DNA of 64,000 nucleotides from Octopus vulgaris (Eukaryota), in NCBI GenBank assembly GCA_951406725.2, contig OX597816.1:118544001-118608000 (forward strand). The letters run 5' to 3'. The translations under genes and the position numbers were made by a program. This document shows positions 28,061 to 40,633 of the stretch, in pieces; positions within the stretch are counted from its first letter, which is position 1, and each line of letters opens with the position of its first letter. Under the pieces are notes generated by a model. It did no database searches. It had not been told where the DNA came from and worked only from the letters and a program-made list of their open reading frames with translations.

Positions 28061-28679
28061 TATATATATAATTACATAAAATTAAAATAACAACACCTCT
28101 TATCTTGGGTGGGTAGATGAGGTAGTGAAGTGAATAAAGAAATAAATATTAGGATGACAAACTGTTACAGAGTAACATCTGCCGGCATTAATTGAAAAAA
28201 CGTCACTAATCTTTAGATAATCTTTAGAGTGTAACAGGTTTAAAGCAGGCACATGTGAATGGCCTTTTTCAGAAAAATGTAAGCCTGTTGCCCTGCCAAA
28301 GTGTAAGGATACAGATTGTTTTGAAGACAAAAGAGCCAAACTCTGAAATTCACCAGATTGTTTTTGGTAGTTATTCCATAATACGGTTTACTTAAAATGG
28401 GATGAGAATATCATCACTATCATCGTCATTTAACAGTCACTTTTCTATGCTACAAGGGTCAGATGGAATTTGTCAGGGCAAAATTTTCTTTAGCCAATTT
28501 GGCCCTTCCCTCACCCGTTTCCAAGCGAGGTAATATCTCACTGTGGTCACATGTTTTTCATGGAAAACTGTAAAAAAATAACATTGCTTTTAGGATAGTC
28601 TTGCTTGTTTACAACTTTCAAATGATATCGAGGTAAGGGTACATACATGCACACACACTCACACATTTAAGCATGTGTG

Positions 28680-28810
28680 TGGGATGCATGAGATATGGCT
28701 CATCAATAAACAAGCTGCACTGCTAAAAAAAATTCAAGGTAATTTTTTGTTAGGTGCACCATCCAGAAAGTTCTGTGAGCTGCATGCAATCCACAGGTTG
28801 CCCATGACAG
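28680..28810 (+). mobile_element. hAT-type MITE fragment
   Basis: Homologous to 62679-62825; ends GGTTGCCCATGACAG. Confidence 0.5.
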
Positions 28811-29784
28811 GTTTGATGAGTTTCTTTCTATTACTGAAACAAGCCCATGTGTAGTTTCTTCCATTGAGATACACTTGGGTACTGAGTGCTTCCACAAAGA
28901 CCACAAAGATAAAGCCAAGTGCTATACACTATTACAGCTACATACATCAAGAGTGGCATTTAAGCAAGTAAACAGTTCTTAGTATCCAATCAGAACTAAG
29001 AACTTCTCAAAAACACAACAGTTAAGCCAAGTAACTACATAAATGAATGACTATTTTCCAGCAGAATGTTAGTCAAAGCTCCTAGCAACAAATCTAATCT
29101 TTATCTCAGAGAGAGGGAGATGGGTGGAGGAAGAGAGAAGCTAAAATGAAAGCTCTGAATTATAAAAACATTAGAATAACAGCTAAATGAGAGACAGGGA
29201 GAAAATGATTGAGCAGCTAAGACAGCTGGAGAACTGCTGTAAGAAATGTTGTCAGAGTCCATAATAAAAGATAAATAGAAAAGTCAGTGTCAATTACTAC
29301 ACAGATCAATACAGTTGACCAGCTAAAATAGCAGCTGACCAACAACAGAAAAAGCAGATGTTATTAACCTTAGTCAACTCTGACTGAGCAGACTTATGAT
29401 CAAAGGCATTTCAATGGTGACTATCCTATTGGTTTGTACACTAGGGCCTACTGTGTCACTGTCTCCAGCTATGTAAGATGATACATAGGACTATGATGAT
29501 TTGAGATAAATTTGGCTGCTATTTCAACTACAGAAAGACTGCCCCACTGGCTTGGAAAAAGGGAGAATGCCTTCTTAGATTTTCTTTCCTAGTTCTTCTA
29601 CAGTTAAAAACTCCACTAAACCTGAAAAAAAATTGTTTACAACTATTATGTTTGTATATTTATACTGGCCTTCATGTGTCATTCATAGAGATCATCGTCT
29701 CTGAACAGACCTATGATCAAAAACATTCCAGTAGCAACCATCCCACTCGCTCACTCTTGTAAGGATATGATTTAAGAGATCTTT

Positions 29785-29983
29785 TATTTTTTACTTGTTT
29801 CAGCCATTACGCTACGACCACGCTAGGACACTACCTTGAAGAATTTTTAGTCAAAAGTAGTATTATTTTTTAAAGGCTGGTACTTATTCTACTGGTCTCT
29901 TTTGCTGAACTGCTAAGTTATGGGGATGTAAACACCAGCACTGGTTGTCAAGTGGTGGTAGGGGGACAAACACAGACATAAAG

Positions 29984-30015
<32 letters not shown>

Positions 30016-30158
30016 GGTTGGCGTTAGGAAGGGCATCCAGCTGTAGAAACATTGCCAGATAAGACTGGAGCCTGGTGCAGCCTTCTGGCTTCCCAGATCC
30101 CGGTCGAACCGTCCAACCCATGCTAGCATGGAGAACGGACGTTAAACGATGATGATGA

Positions 30159-30211
<53 letters not shown>

Positions 30212-30368
30212 AAAACATACATATATATATATAATGGGTTTCTTTCAGTTTCTGTCTACCAAATCTACTTAAAAAAACCTTTGGTCAGCCAAGGCTATAG
30301 TAGAAGGTGCCTTGGGACTGAACCCATAACCATGTTATTGGGAAGCAAGCTTCTTACCACACAACCAT
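29785..30368 (-). mobile_element. SINE B with a nested family C 3' fragment (30016-30160, +) in its internal microsatellite
   Basis: B tail and B head are separated by microsatellites enclosing GGTTGGCGTTAGGAAGGGCATCC...GGACGTTAAACGATGATG. Confidence 0.8.
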
Positions 30369-31173
30369 GGGGGAAGGAGATTTCAAGCCCACTGAATGAC
30401 CACATAAAGGTTCAGTCATTGGCTTAATTTCAGGTGATGTTAAAGTGAAGTATCTTTTGACATTATCATTCCCAATTGAGTATTACTGTCCTTGAAAATT
30501 TATGTAAGTTCTGATGCTGTTGACCAAGATCACTGGTTATAACAGCAATGTAGGTAACAGCTGCAGAACACGGAGAATTGAATGTTCTCAACTGGAATGC
30601 CCTTTGTTTGATTATCAGGGCTGACCTGAGAACTGTACACAACAACAACAGTTCCCTTCAGGTAAACGTGATTGATCGAAAGCATTCCAGCTGTGGTCCT
30701 CCCATCCATCATACTGTGTGTTGCAGTTGCTTCTATTGATGTTACTTCTTATACCAGTTGTCTAAGCAAATGTTTATTCTCTTAGTTACTATCATTATTA
30801 TTCTTAAAGGCTCTTGTAATGTATACCATCTCCATACAGTCTATGTGTGCGTGTGTGCGCACAAAGAAAATAATACAAGAAGTGAACCACCCATCTCTTT
30901 GTTTCTTACTGGGCTCAAAAACTGCTGTCATCACTACCACCTAAAAGAAACAAATGTATACCTCCATAAAAGAGTTCTTTTGGCTAATACTCAAATACAT
31001 GTTTCTGCTCAATGTGAATAAGCCTTAACCTTCTTACTAACACTTCAGGAATTATAAACACACACACACACTCACTCACATACATACATACATAGACAAA
31101 GACTACAAAGAAACCTCAGAAGATAATCAATATACAATATATCCTTGGTTAGTAGCAACAACAGTACCATATA

Positions 31174-31791
31174 GGTGCAGGCCTGGCTGTGTGGTTAGAA
31201 GTTTGTTTCCCAACCACATGGTTCCGAGTTCAGTCCCACTGCATGGCACCTTGGGTAAGTAAGTATCTTCTACTATAGCCTCAGGCTGGGCAAAGCCTTG
31301 AGAGTGGATTTGGGAGATGGAAACTGAAAGAAGCCCATCATACATATATATACACATATATGAGGTGTCCCAGAAGTCACATACCATTCAGGTTTTCATT
31401 AAAAATAATTTATTTTATTTTATTCAATTTATTGCAGAGAGTGCTCAATATGAGCATTTGTTATGATTAATTTCAAGAAAGTGTTTTTGAAAACAATAAA
31501 GGTGTATTTTAAAAATAAAAAAACCAGGATTGTGCATGACTTCTGGGACACCCTGTATATTTATATGTGCATGTGTGTGTATGTGTCTTTCTGCATGTGT
31601 TTGTCCTTCACCACCACCTGACAACCGGTGTTGGTTTGTTTACGTCCATGTAACTTAGCAGTTCAGTAAAATAGATTCATCGAATAAGTACCAGATTTTA
31701 CAAAAGCAAAAAGTAGTAGGGTCGATTTATTCGACTAAAATTCTTCAAAGTGTTGCCCCAGTATGACCACAGTCTAATGACTGAAACAAGA
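31174..31791 (+). mobile_element. SINE B interrupted by a Tc1/mariner MITE
   Basis: B head 31174-31340, B tail about 31580-31791. Confidence 0.8.
31361..31555. mobile_element. Tc1/mariner-type MITE
   Basis: TA|TGAGGTGTCCCAGAAGTCA ... TGACTTCTGGGACACCCTG|TA terminal inverted repeats with TA target site. Confidence 0.85.
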
Positions 31792-32238
31792 TGTTGAAAT
31801 GCATCAAGAGAGGCACAAGTGTGACTCTGTGGTAAGAAGGTTACTTCCCAACCACATGGTTCCAGGTTCACTGCTCGGTACCTGGGACATATCTACTATA
31901 GTATCAGACCAACCCAAACCTTGTGAGAGGATTTGTGCGTCATTATTCAGTTTTATTTCAAGATTTCTTGCCAACAGAAAAAGAGCTGGTTTCTAACCTA
32001 GATTCATTGGAATTTCAACATCAACAACAGGGTACAGTTAGTTCTAAGAGATGAGGAATTATGTACATAATTTACATTTGAAGGATATTTGACCTCATCT
32101 TGTTTGTTGTTATATCAAGAAGGGTAGAATCTCTACAATGAAATTAACAGTGAATTTAAACAAACCTGCCTACCCACTCACAAGAAATATTCCAGTTTTC
32201 TTACTGAAGCATAAACAGAAGCATTAACCACTACACCA

Positions 32239-32467
32239 TATGGTGTAGTGGTTAAGAACACGGGCTACTAACCCCAAGATTCCAAGTTCGATTCCAAGCA
32301 GTGACCTGAACAATAACAATAATAATATCGAAAATACCTTAGGAATGAGAACCCAGGTTCAAAATTTCCCCCAAGACACCTGAAGAAGGCTGGAGAATAT
32401 ATCAGCCGAAACGTTGTTTTAACAACAAACAAGATGAGGACAAATATCCATTCTAATGTAAATAATG
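32239..32467 (+). mobile_element. tRNA-headed SINE-like element with a Penelope-type hammerhead-like 3' region
   Basis: A box TGGTGTAGTGG, anticodon-like arm GGG-CTACTAA-CCC, B box GTTCGATTCC; downstream CTGAAGA-A-GGCTG...CAGCC-GAAACGTT. Confidence 0.65.
32374..32420 (+). ncRNA. Putative minimal hammerhead ribozyme motif
   Basis: CUGANGA core, 5-bp stem II (GGCUG/CAGCC), GAAA, palindromic ACGU stem III as in Penelope minimal hammerheads. Stem I is imperfect here and there is one extra A after the core. Confidence 0.45.
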
Positions 32468-32586
32468 AACAACAGGGTATGCATGCATGTATGGGTGTAT
32501 GCATGCATTCAGAATTCAAACTCAGAACATAGCAACAGGTGACAATTCTACCAGCTCACCACCTTTATAATAGTAATAATAATAAT

Positions 32587-32798
32587 CTTTTCTGCTATAG
32601 GCACAAGGCTTGAAATTTCAGGAGAGAATGAGTAGTCGATTACTGACCCCAGTACTCAACTGGTACTTATTTTATCGACCCCAAAAGGATGAAAGGTAAA
32701 GTCAACCTTGACGGAATTTGAACTCAGGACACAGCATGAGGTGAAATACTGCCAAGCATTTCACCTGGTGTGCTAACGATTCTGCCAGCTCACCACCT
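32587..32798 (-). mobile_element. SINE family A
   Basis: Homologous to 1-168, with (TAA)n tail. Confidence 0.85.
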
Positions 32799-33419
32799 TT
32801 ATCATAACAATAATAATAACGCAGTCCAATAATCAATAGTTCAATAATTTAACATCACATATAAACAAAGAATTGACTATTGCATATTTTTGGTATTGAA
32901 AGGGGGGGAAAAATCATGGTAGAAGAAGATGAAATTTTCAAGCTAATTCCAGTATGTTTCAGTGAAGAACCTCTTTTGACTATCCACAGGAAAATTTCTC
33001 AAACACTTTGCAACCATATTTCTAATGATATACACTGCCTGTGTGTGTGATTCAAGTAGTTTGGAGGGAAAGCAAATATCAAGTATTTGAATGGGTTTAG
33101 TAAATAATCTACTTTTTGTTATTGAGATGGTGTTTAGAACATAAATGGCTCTTCCATAAAACTAGTGGAATATTTATATGTGAACGTTTTAAATGTATGG
33201 TAGGTAGAACAGGAGATGATCTTTGGTAGGCTGGTATCATAAAACTAACACTCAGCCACTGATGTATGTTTTCTTCAAGGAAAAAGGAGCAGATAATAAA
33301 GATGTTTTTATTCTAGGTCATTTTGGGCTCTGAAACTGTGTACATCTTTGAACCAATGTTCTGCTGACCTCTCAATAAGCAAACTAGTAAAACAGAGTGC
33401 ATCATCATAAAGAAGAATA

Positions 33420-34700
33420 TCATCAGAAAACAAAGTGAAGGTGGGGGAGGGGAAGAAAAGAAACGGAAAGGAAGAAATAGGAAGTAAAAAGAGAAAAGGA
33501 AGCGAAAATGAAGAGATGGAAGAAAAAGTAAGAAAATGAGAAAAGTAGACAAAAGTAGAGAGATGAGAAATAGAGAGGGAGATGGAAGGGGAAAGAGACA
33601 AAGAGGACGGATAAGTGAGAAAGAGAAACAAAGGAAAATAGTTGGGGGAGGAGGAAGAGAAACAAACAAAAAGATTGATAGACAAAGGAAGTTACAGTGA
33701 GAGTAAGAAAGAGAGAGAGAGACAGATGAAGAAAATATGGAGAGACAAAAAGAAAAAAAAGTAAAAAAAAAAGGTAACAAAGATAAGTGGAAAGAAAGGG
33801 GGAGACAAAAAAGGGGGGGATGGACAAAAGTGATAGACAAAGAAAAAGAGAAATAGGATGCAGAAACAAAGAGAGAGACGAAAAAGAAAGAAAGCAAGAC
33901 AGAAAGAATGAGAGACGGGGAGACAATGAGATAGAGAGCACAAGAGAAAGGGAGAGAGAGCAAAACAAAAGAGAGAAATAAATAAACAAAACAAAGAAAA
34001 AAGAGCAAGACAAGAAGAGAGAGAGAGCGAGGCAGAGGAAGAGAGAGCAAGGCAGAGGAAGAGAGAGCAAGGCAGAGGAAGAGAGAGAGCGAGGCAGAGG
34101 AGAGAGAGCGAGCGAGGCAGAGGAAGAGAGAGAGCAAGGCAGAGGAAGAGAGAGAGAAAGACAGAGGAAGAGAGAGAGCGAGGCAGAGGAAGAGAGCGAG
34201 CGAGGCAGAGGAAGAGAGAGAGAAAGACAGAGAAAGACAGAGAGAGAGAGAGAGACAAAGAGAGAGAGCGAGAGGGAGACAAAGAGAGAGAGCGAGAGGG
34301 AGACAAAGAAAGAGAAGGAAACGAAGTAAGAAGAGACGAAGAAAGAGGAGACGGAGAAAGAGGAGACGGAGAGAGAGGAGACGGAGAGAGAGGAAGACGA
34401 AGAAAGAGAAAGAGTGAGACAAAGAAACAGAGCAAGAAGAATACAAAGAGGGAGCGATACAAAGGGAGATGGATAAAGAAAGACAAAGAGAGAGAGAGAA
34501 AAAAGAGATCTAACGAGGAATAGTGAAAGGAAATAAAGAAGTGGTGGAGTGAAAGACATGAAAGACTGGGAAGAGACAAGAAAAGGAAGAGGAGAGAAAA
34601 GAACAAAGAAAAATACATATAAAGAATTAGAAAGATAGACAAATAAGAAAAAATATAGCGAAAAAGCAAGAAAATGAGAGCAACAGAGAAAAGAAAAACG
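33420..34700 (+). repeat. About 1.3-kb polypurine (GA-rich) tract with GAGGCAGAGGAAGAGAGAGC-type tandem units
   Basis: Strongly purine-dominated + strand; repeated units at about 34010-34400. Confidence 0.95.
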
Positions 34701-34848
34701 GTTGTTGTTGTTGTTGTTTAGCCCCAGATCAGGCGCGATTGAGTAGCCCTTTTGGTAAAAAAACGTTTTAGTTATAACCAGCCCGTCTTTTTGGTATATC
34801 TACGACTACATTTATCCATGTTGTGCTTCTCTCTTGGTTTTCTATATT

Positions 34849-34883
<35 letters not shown>

Positions 34884-36492
34884 CAGGTTGTGAATTGAGC
34901 GAACATAGCTGCTACTTCTACCAGGCCAAGCGAATGCGTAAGAGATTCCCTCATTACGAGAAAAAAGGTTGAAGAGGAGAAAAAAAAAAAGAGAGAGATG
35001 GAGAGAAAAAATGTGCAAGAAAATAAACAGAGAAAGCGAAAGAAAAAACAAATGAAGAGAGAGAGAGAATGTGTGTGAATGAGTGGGCAAAAAGGACTAT
35101 TCTCTATATGTATCTATAAATAGGCGAGAGAGAAGGAGAATATGCGTGCGCGCGCAGGCGAGTGAGACAAAGAGATACTCTCTTTAGATGTGTCTATAAA
35201 TAGGGGTTGAATGAGAGGAGCAGATAGAGAAAGAGAGCGGTAAGTAGAGAGAGACAGCAATCGGTTGCTATCGTATTAAAGATTCTGGCAATAGAAACAG
35301 CAGCAAACGAGAATTGAACGTAATTCCCATTCCATAAACATTCGTCTGTTGATCACAGATTTTGCAGACAGCCCGAGATTGTCTTCGTTAAAAAAAAAAA
35401 ATGTTGCAAACTCATTGACATGATATTTTGCCTTGATGAATGAATGACACGGTATGAAATCTTCTGACATATAACAGTTAAATATCAACGCAATCTCAAG
35501 TCCATGAACCTGCGTTCTGTTCGTCTTTGATGCACCAAAATCGCAAGAGAAAAATGTCTTTCATTGGGTGTATATTTTAATCCAAATATAAACCCCTCAA
35601 GCACACACACACACCTGCAGAAATTCCAGCGGTCTATATTCATAATAGCAGGATGGATTGAGACATTTATAACATAACGTTATGTTATCTGCAGACAGAT
35701 TTGAACTCACGACTCATGAGGTAGTAAAGAACCCTCGAGATTCGTAGCTATGCGAGCAGTTGTGGGAAAGGGTCGCACTGGTGGTGAAAAAGAACGGCAA
35801 CTAGTGGGTCAGATGTGCTAAATGCTAAATTCAATGTTAAATTTGACTAGCAACTAAAGTTTATGAATATACTCCCACTAATACATACATTCCACAGAAG
35901 GGGTGAAATTTATTGTACTAACATACATATTCCTCGATTTTTTAGACATCTGACCCACAAACTCGTTTGACCAGATCTCTGCAGACACTACAGCGCAGTA
36001 TAATCGATTACCTCTAACTATAATATTGAATTCTAACATAGGCACAAGACCACACATAATTTTTTAGGATGAGCGTAGTCGATTAAATTGACCGAGTGCT
36101 TGACTGATATGATTTTTTTTTTATTGATCCCAGGTGGATGAAAGAGTGGCCTCGGTGAATTTTGAACTGAAAATGTTAAAGATCATAACGGAATATAGCA
36201 AGACATTTCGTCCGAAGCTTTAGCGATTCCACCCACCCAAAGCCCTAGAAAAATAAAATCAGAGACCCTGCAGGAATCGGGAAATCTGTCAGCTGCATCC
36301 CGGACACTGCATTACCGATTACAAAGTATAGTTGTTGCTTTATATCATCATAAAAACAAAACGGTTGTTGAGTCGTGAGCTCCAATCGGCTGCAAATATT
36401 TGGTTGCGTTTCCGAAAAGTTTTAACCCTGCATCGCCACAATACACCTAGCAGGTCAAATTAGATATTAATTTTTCTTCTAGGGAAACTCAC

Positions 36493-36620
36493 TCGCAAAA
36501 ATTCTAGCCTCCTGACCAATAAACGATTAAACTTTTATCGGGTTAATTGCCATCAACACGGAAGACGTCCATCGACTGTGTGTGCTATTTTTAAGGGAGG
36601 ATCGATTTATTTCTACCATT
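36493..36620 (-). other. Candidate 128-nt non-coding (5'UTR or lncRNA) exon
   Basis: Strong acceptor TTTCTTTCATTCTTTCAG| and donor GCGA|GTGAGT on the minus strand; stops in all frames; contains short uORFs. Confidence 0.4.
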
Positions 36621-37703
36621 CTGAAAGAATGAAAGAAAGCTATATAACTGTGAGATATCAAACTTACTATTATAATATGTCTAGTTTGGTTATCAGTCGA
36701 AAAGCTGGAACAAGGGAGTTTCATAGTCTACAACCATTGCATATCACTGGTGAGGGAGGGAGCATTATGAAATCGACAAGTGACTCCCAAGCTCTCGGAG
36801 CCGAAAACTATTCTCTTTCGCACGTGAAAATAGCTTAGATAAGGAATAAATTACTCGGGGAAACACTATGCGGGGACAAAGTCTTCAGTGGTTATAAAAA
36901 CTCGTTCAACAAGTCACCCCTAATAATCTTAGGGGTGACTCGTTGAATGGCGTCGATGTACAAAAACAATGATCAACTATTCAAAAAAGATCAGCCATGA
37001 CCCTTAATTTTTTCATGTTTTTATGTTACTTTCTCGAACCCTTGGTTGTTGTTTAGTCCCAGACCAGCCCTGATAGTGCAAATGTGTAATCAAAGGACAT
37101 TCCCGCCATGACTAGACCGGATTTTCTTTTGGAATAGTATGTTAAAAAAAAAAACACTAAAATAATAAAATGAAAGGAGGGGGTTGATGCTACCCTCACA
37201 TTTGCTACAACAAATTGTGGATCCATTTTTTTCCATAGATATTTCTTCTCGATGCGAAAGCAAATTTTTTTTTTACTTCCATCTACGTTTATCGGTCGTG
37301 TGAGTGTACATGTACGTGTATCTTAGTGTATTTGTCATTACCAAGGTGCAAACAAACGCAGCAGCAGTAGTAGTAGTAGATAAAAATATTTTCTATCAGT
37401 CGAAAGCCATTAGTTTCATTAAAAAGAAAGGGATTAATTACTAAGAGAGATCAGATACATGAAAAGTGTCTAACGTAGAATGTGTATATGAGAGTGAGAG
37501 TGAAGGAGAAGGTAAAAGAGAGGGGGAGTATACGTGAGGGAAAAGAGAAGGAAGTGTATCTATGAAAAGAGAGCGGGTGTATTAAGAGAAGGAAGATCGT
37601 GAATGAAAGGGGTATAGGGAATAGATACATCTTCGATTATTTAACCTATTATGCGATGGTTATAGAATTTCCAAGGATAACAAAACAATGGTAGTAAAAC
37701 AGA

Positions 37704-37760
<57 letters not shown>

Positions 37761-38741
37761 AACAAACAAACACAGAAATTTAAAGCAATAAATAAATTTT
37801 GCATTAAAAATATGGGGGAAAAAATACACGGCGTGATGGAACTGATCTCTTGTCCGAAATGCTACACGCAAATTCTGAGACAGTGGCAAATTACACACAC
37901 ACACACACACACACACATACACACACACACTATGGAGTAAGCTAAGGTTTTTGTTTCCAAGATACAAGCTTCCGTAAAATAAAGAAACTAGCAGCAGCAA
38001 TAATTTCGTTTCGTGTAGTGGCAGACGCCGTCGTAGAACAAGAGGTATGATCCCAGCAAGGCGAATTAGCGATACAGTTTCAATTCTTGGTTGAAGCTAA
38101 TTTATTTTAATTTTTTCGTTTTACTCCCATACAATGGCAGCAATGCTCTGCGGAGAAACACATGGAAGGTTTTTAATCAAAATAAAACTATAATTTCTTT
38201 CGACTTAGTATAGATGCAGTTTTGTAGATGACGACTATATAGAAGAGTGAATCGATTCCGATTATCCAAGCAAGATGGTTTGGGTTATTTTATTTTTATT
38301 CGGTGTTTTTGATATTTTTTTTCCTGTGATTTACACTAATATTTTATTTTTGTTGAACATATACGCATGAATGTAAAAGAATGTGTATGTGTGTGAGAGA
38401 GAGAGAGAGAGAGAGCAGAATGAGATAACGTGATGTTCATGCCATTTTATTAGGTATTGAATTTATATGCAGCATGAAGAAAGTGGTTCCAACTGAGCGA
38501 AACCAGGTCGTAGACTGCTGTTGCTATTATTAGAAATTGTAATACGGAAACTGTTATTATGCATAAAGAAGCCATTGTTACTACGTTGGGGGAAGTGATG
38601 GAGACGCGTACAAAGAGAAACAAGTGTGAATGCATTGCAAGTAGATATATTTAGCTCGGTACCTCGCAACTTCGGGTTTCAATCCTGTCTGAGTAATTTG
38701 CAATAATAGCACTTGCTCTCTCTCTTTCTCACACACACACA

Positions 38742-38907
38742 TAGTAGCATAGCTAACGGGGGCGGGGCGCCCCGGGTGACGGTTTTTCCTTTGGTGGGTG
38801 AGGGGTAATCTATGCTTTATTATATAAGCCTATAGAGGTTCAAGTCCTAGGTGGGGACGCAAACTCATGGGCTTCACCAAGCGGCACACTCTCTAGCTAT
38901 GCCACGG
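38742..38907. mobile_element. hAT-like MITE
   Basis: TAGTAGCATAGCTA ... TAGCTATGCCACGG imperfect inverted termini of the CAGTGGCGTAGCTA type; no clear target duplication. Confidence 0.55.
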
Positions 38908-40633
38908 ACGGGGACACAACACACACACACACGGCAAGAAGGCGAATAGCTAATTGCATTATTTCAGTATATCACAATATATCATTAAGTAAATCGGACC
39001 GATGGTAAAATTAAATCATGCCAAGTGGGAAATGAAACACCTTAAAGCATATATGCCACTTTCTTCCTATCAATATTGACCATAGGCACAAGGACAAAAA
39101 TCTTAGGACTCGATTAAATTGGGCCAGTGCTCAACTGGTATTTTTACTCTGAAATTGCCTTAAGGGACATAGTTACGTTATGCATTCAAATCCTGCCGGG
39201 GTCGACCAACTTCATATCCTTCAGAGTTTGATTAAAAATAAAATAAAGTACCAGTCAAATATTGGAATCAAATACACCAACTGTACCATTCCTCCAAATT
39301 CGAAGCCTTGAACCCATGTTAAAAATCAATTTTGCCAATAACGATGTTCGCTTGTGCTTCATTGACACAAGCATCTAAATTCAAATCGATGCCAAAACAT
39401 GCCTGATTATTATTTATTTTACCAACTCCGAGTGAGATCTGAGTTTCAAACCAAATTTGGTTCGGTGCCCTGCCACTCCCGTGCTTTTCAATTATAATGA
39501 TTATTTACAAGAGCAAAATTATACCTGATTTTCAAATACAGTAAAACCAGGAAATTGAGACCTTCGTGCTTATTATTATTATTTATTTATTTATTTTTCG
39601 AAAACATAAGTAAAAAAAAAAGCAAAATGTCACAAGCTGAAATCGAAATCATGCCGCAAAATGGGCTACTAACTACCAACACCACCACCACCGTCACTAA
39701 CGCGTTGTTTAATTTCGTCCAAAGTTAACCATAATAAACTAAGCCTGGTGTAAGTCTAGTAAACAGAATCGCCGAAAAAAATCGAAGACACCTCCAATAG
39801 AATTTTAGCCAGAAATTGTGTGGCACAATTCTCTATAGAAACGTCAACGACGTAATGATTTGGTCAAAGCCAAAATGTTGGTGTGGGGAGTTGGGAGAAT
39901 AGTCAATTATATCTACTCCAGTACTTTTGCTTATCGGCCGCAGTGAAATCCAAAAGAATTTGAATGAGTCATCGAAGAATCAAAACACAAATCTAATGCT
40001 TTGTGTTGTTTATCCAAGAGTCGGCTCTGAGCAAGTAGGCTCATAAGCGAAGACGTTCCGACCGTAAGCAGTCTTCTTTTACTTTTATTGAGACTATCTA
40101 GGAGGCTACATAAACCAATATATCCTTGTAGTATGCGATGAGTGGTATTTGGCGGCTATCTCGAACTCGTAACGTGAACCCCGTGGAGATTTCGTCGTTG
40201 GCCGCAGTAAATAATGTATCCTTCTGTCTCACTCGCTTCTCCACCTCTTGGCATCCTAAGTGCATCCATCCACCTTTTCCCGGTATTAACCACCATGTTC
40301 AATCCTTCATTCTCAGAACATTGGCCCTCAGGAATCTCCCTGCTTATGTCTACTCCTCACACACACACCTGCAAGTGTTGACCTGTAACAGTTGAAACGG
40401 AACATTAATATCACCGAGCTTAACTAGTCTCAGAGGAACTGCAAGAGTCACAGGATTGTCCCTTCCTCCAGACTCAGTCAACCTAATTTCAAGTCACAAG
40501 AGCTCAGCTGCGTGACGAAAAAGGACCTTGTTAAATTTCTTACAATCACTTGAAGTATTTCAAATTTTCTATACTTGACACATTGAGAAATAATGAAAAG
40601 TTTTAGTAACAAAACTAATAATTTTCTTTTTAA

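Noticed and set aside
32239-32300. tRNA gene
   Set aside because: A/B boxes and an anticodon-like arm are present, but there is no acceptor stem or terminator; treated as a SINE head. The same applies to the other SINE heads.
33308-34669. Long ORFs of 325-378 aa rich in L/S/F
   Set aside because: Stop-free only because the minus strand is a pyrimidine-rich low-complexity tract; all three frames are open
38559-38654. Short + strand ORF MHKEAIVTTLGEVMETRTKRNKCECIASRYI
   Set aside because: Short, with no splice or homology support
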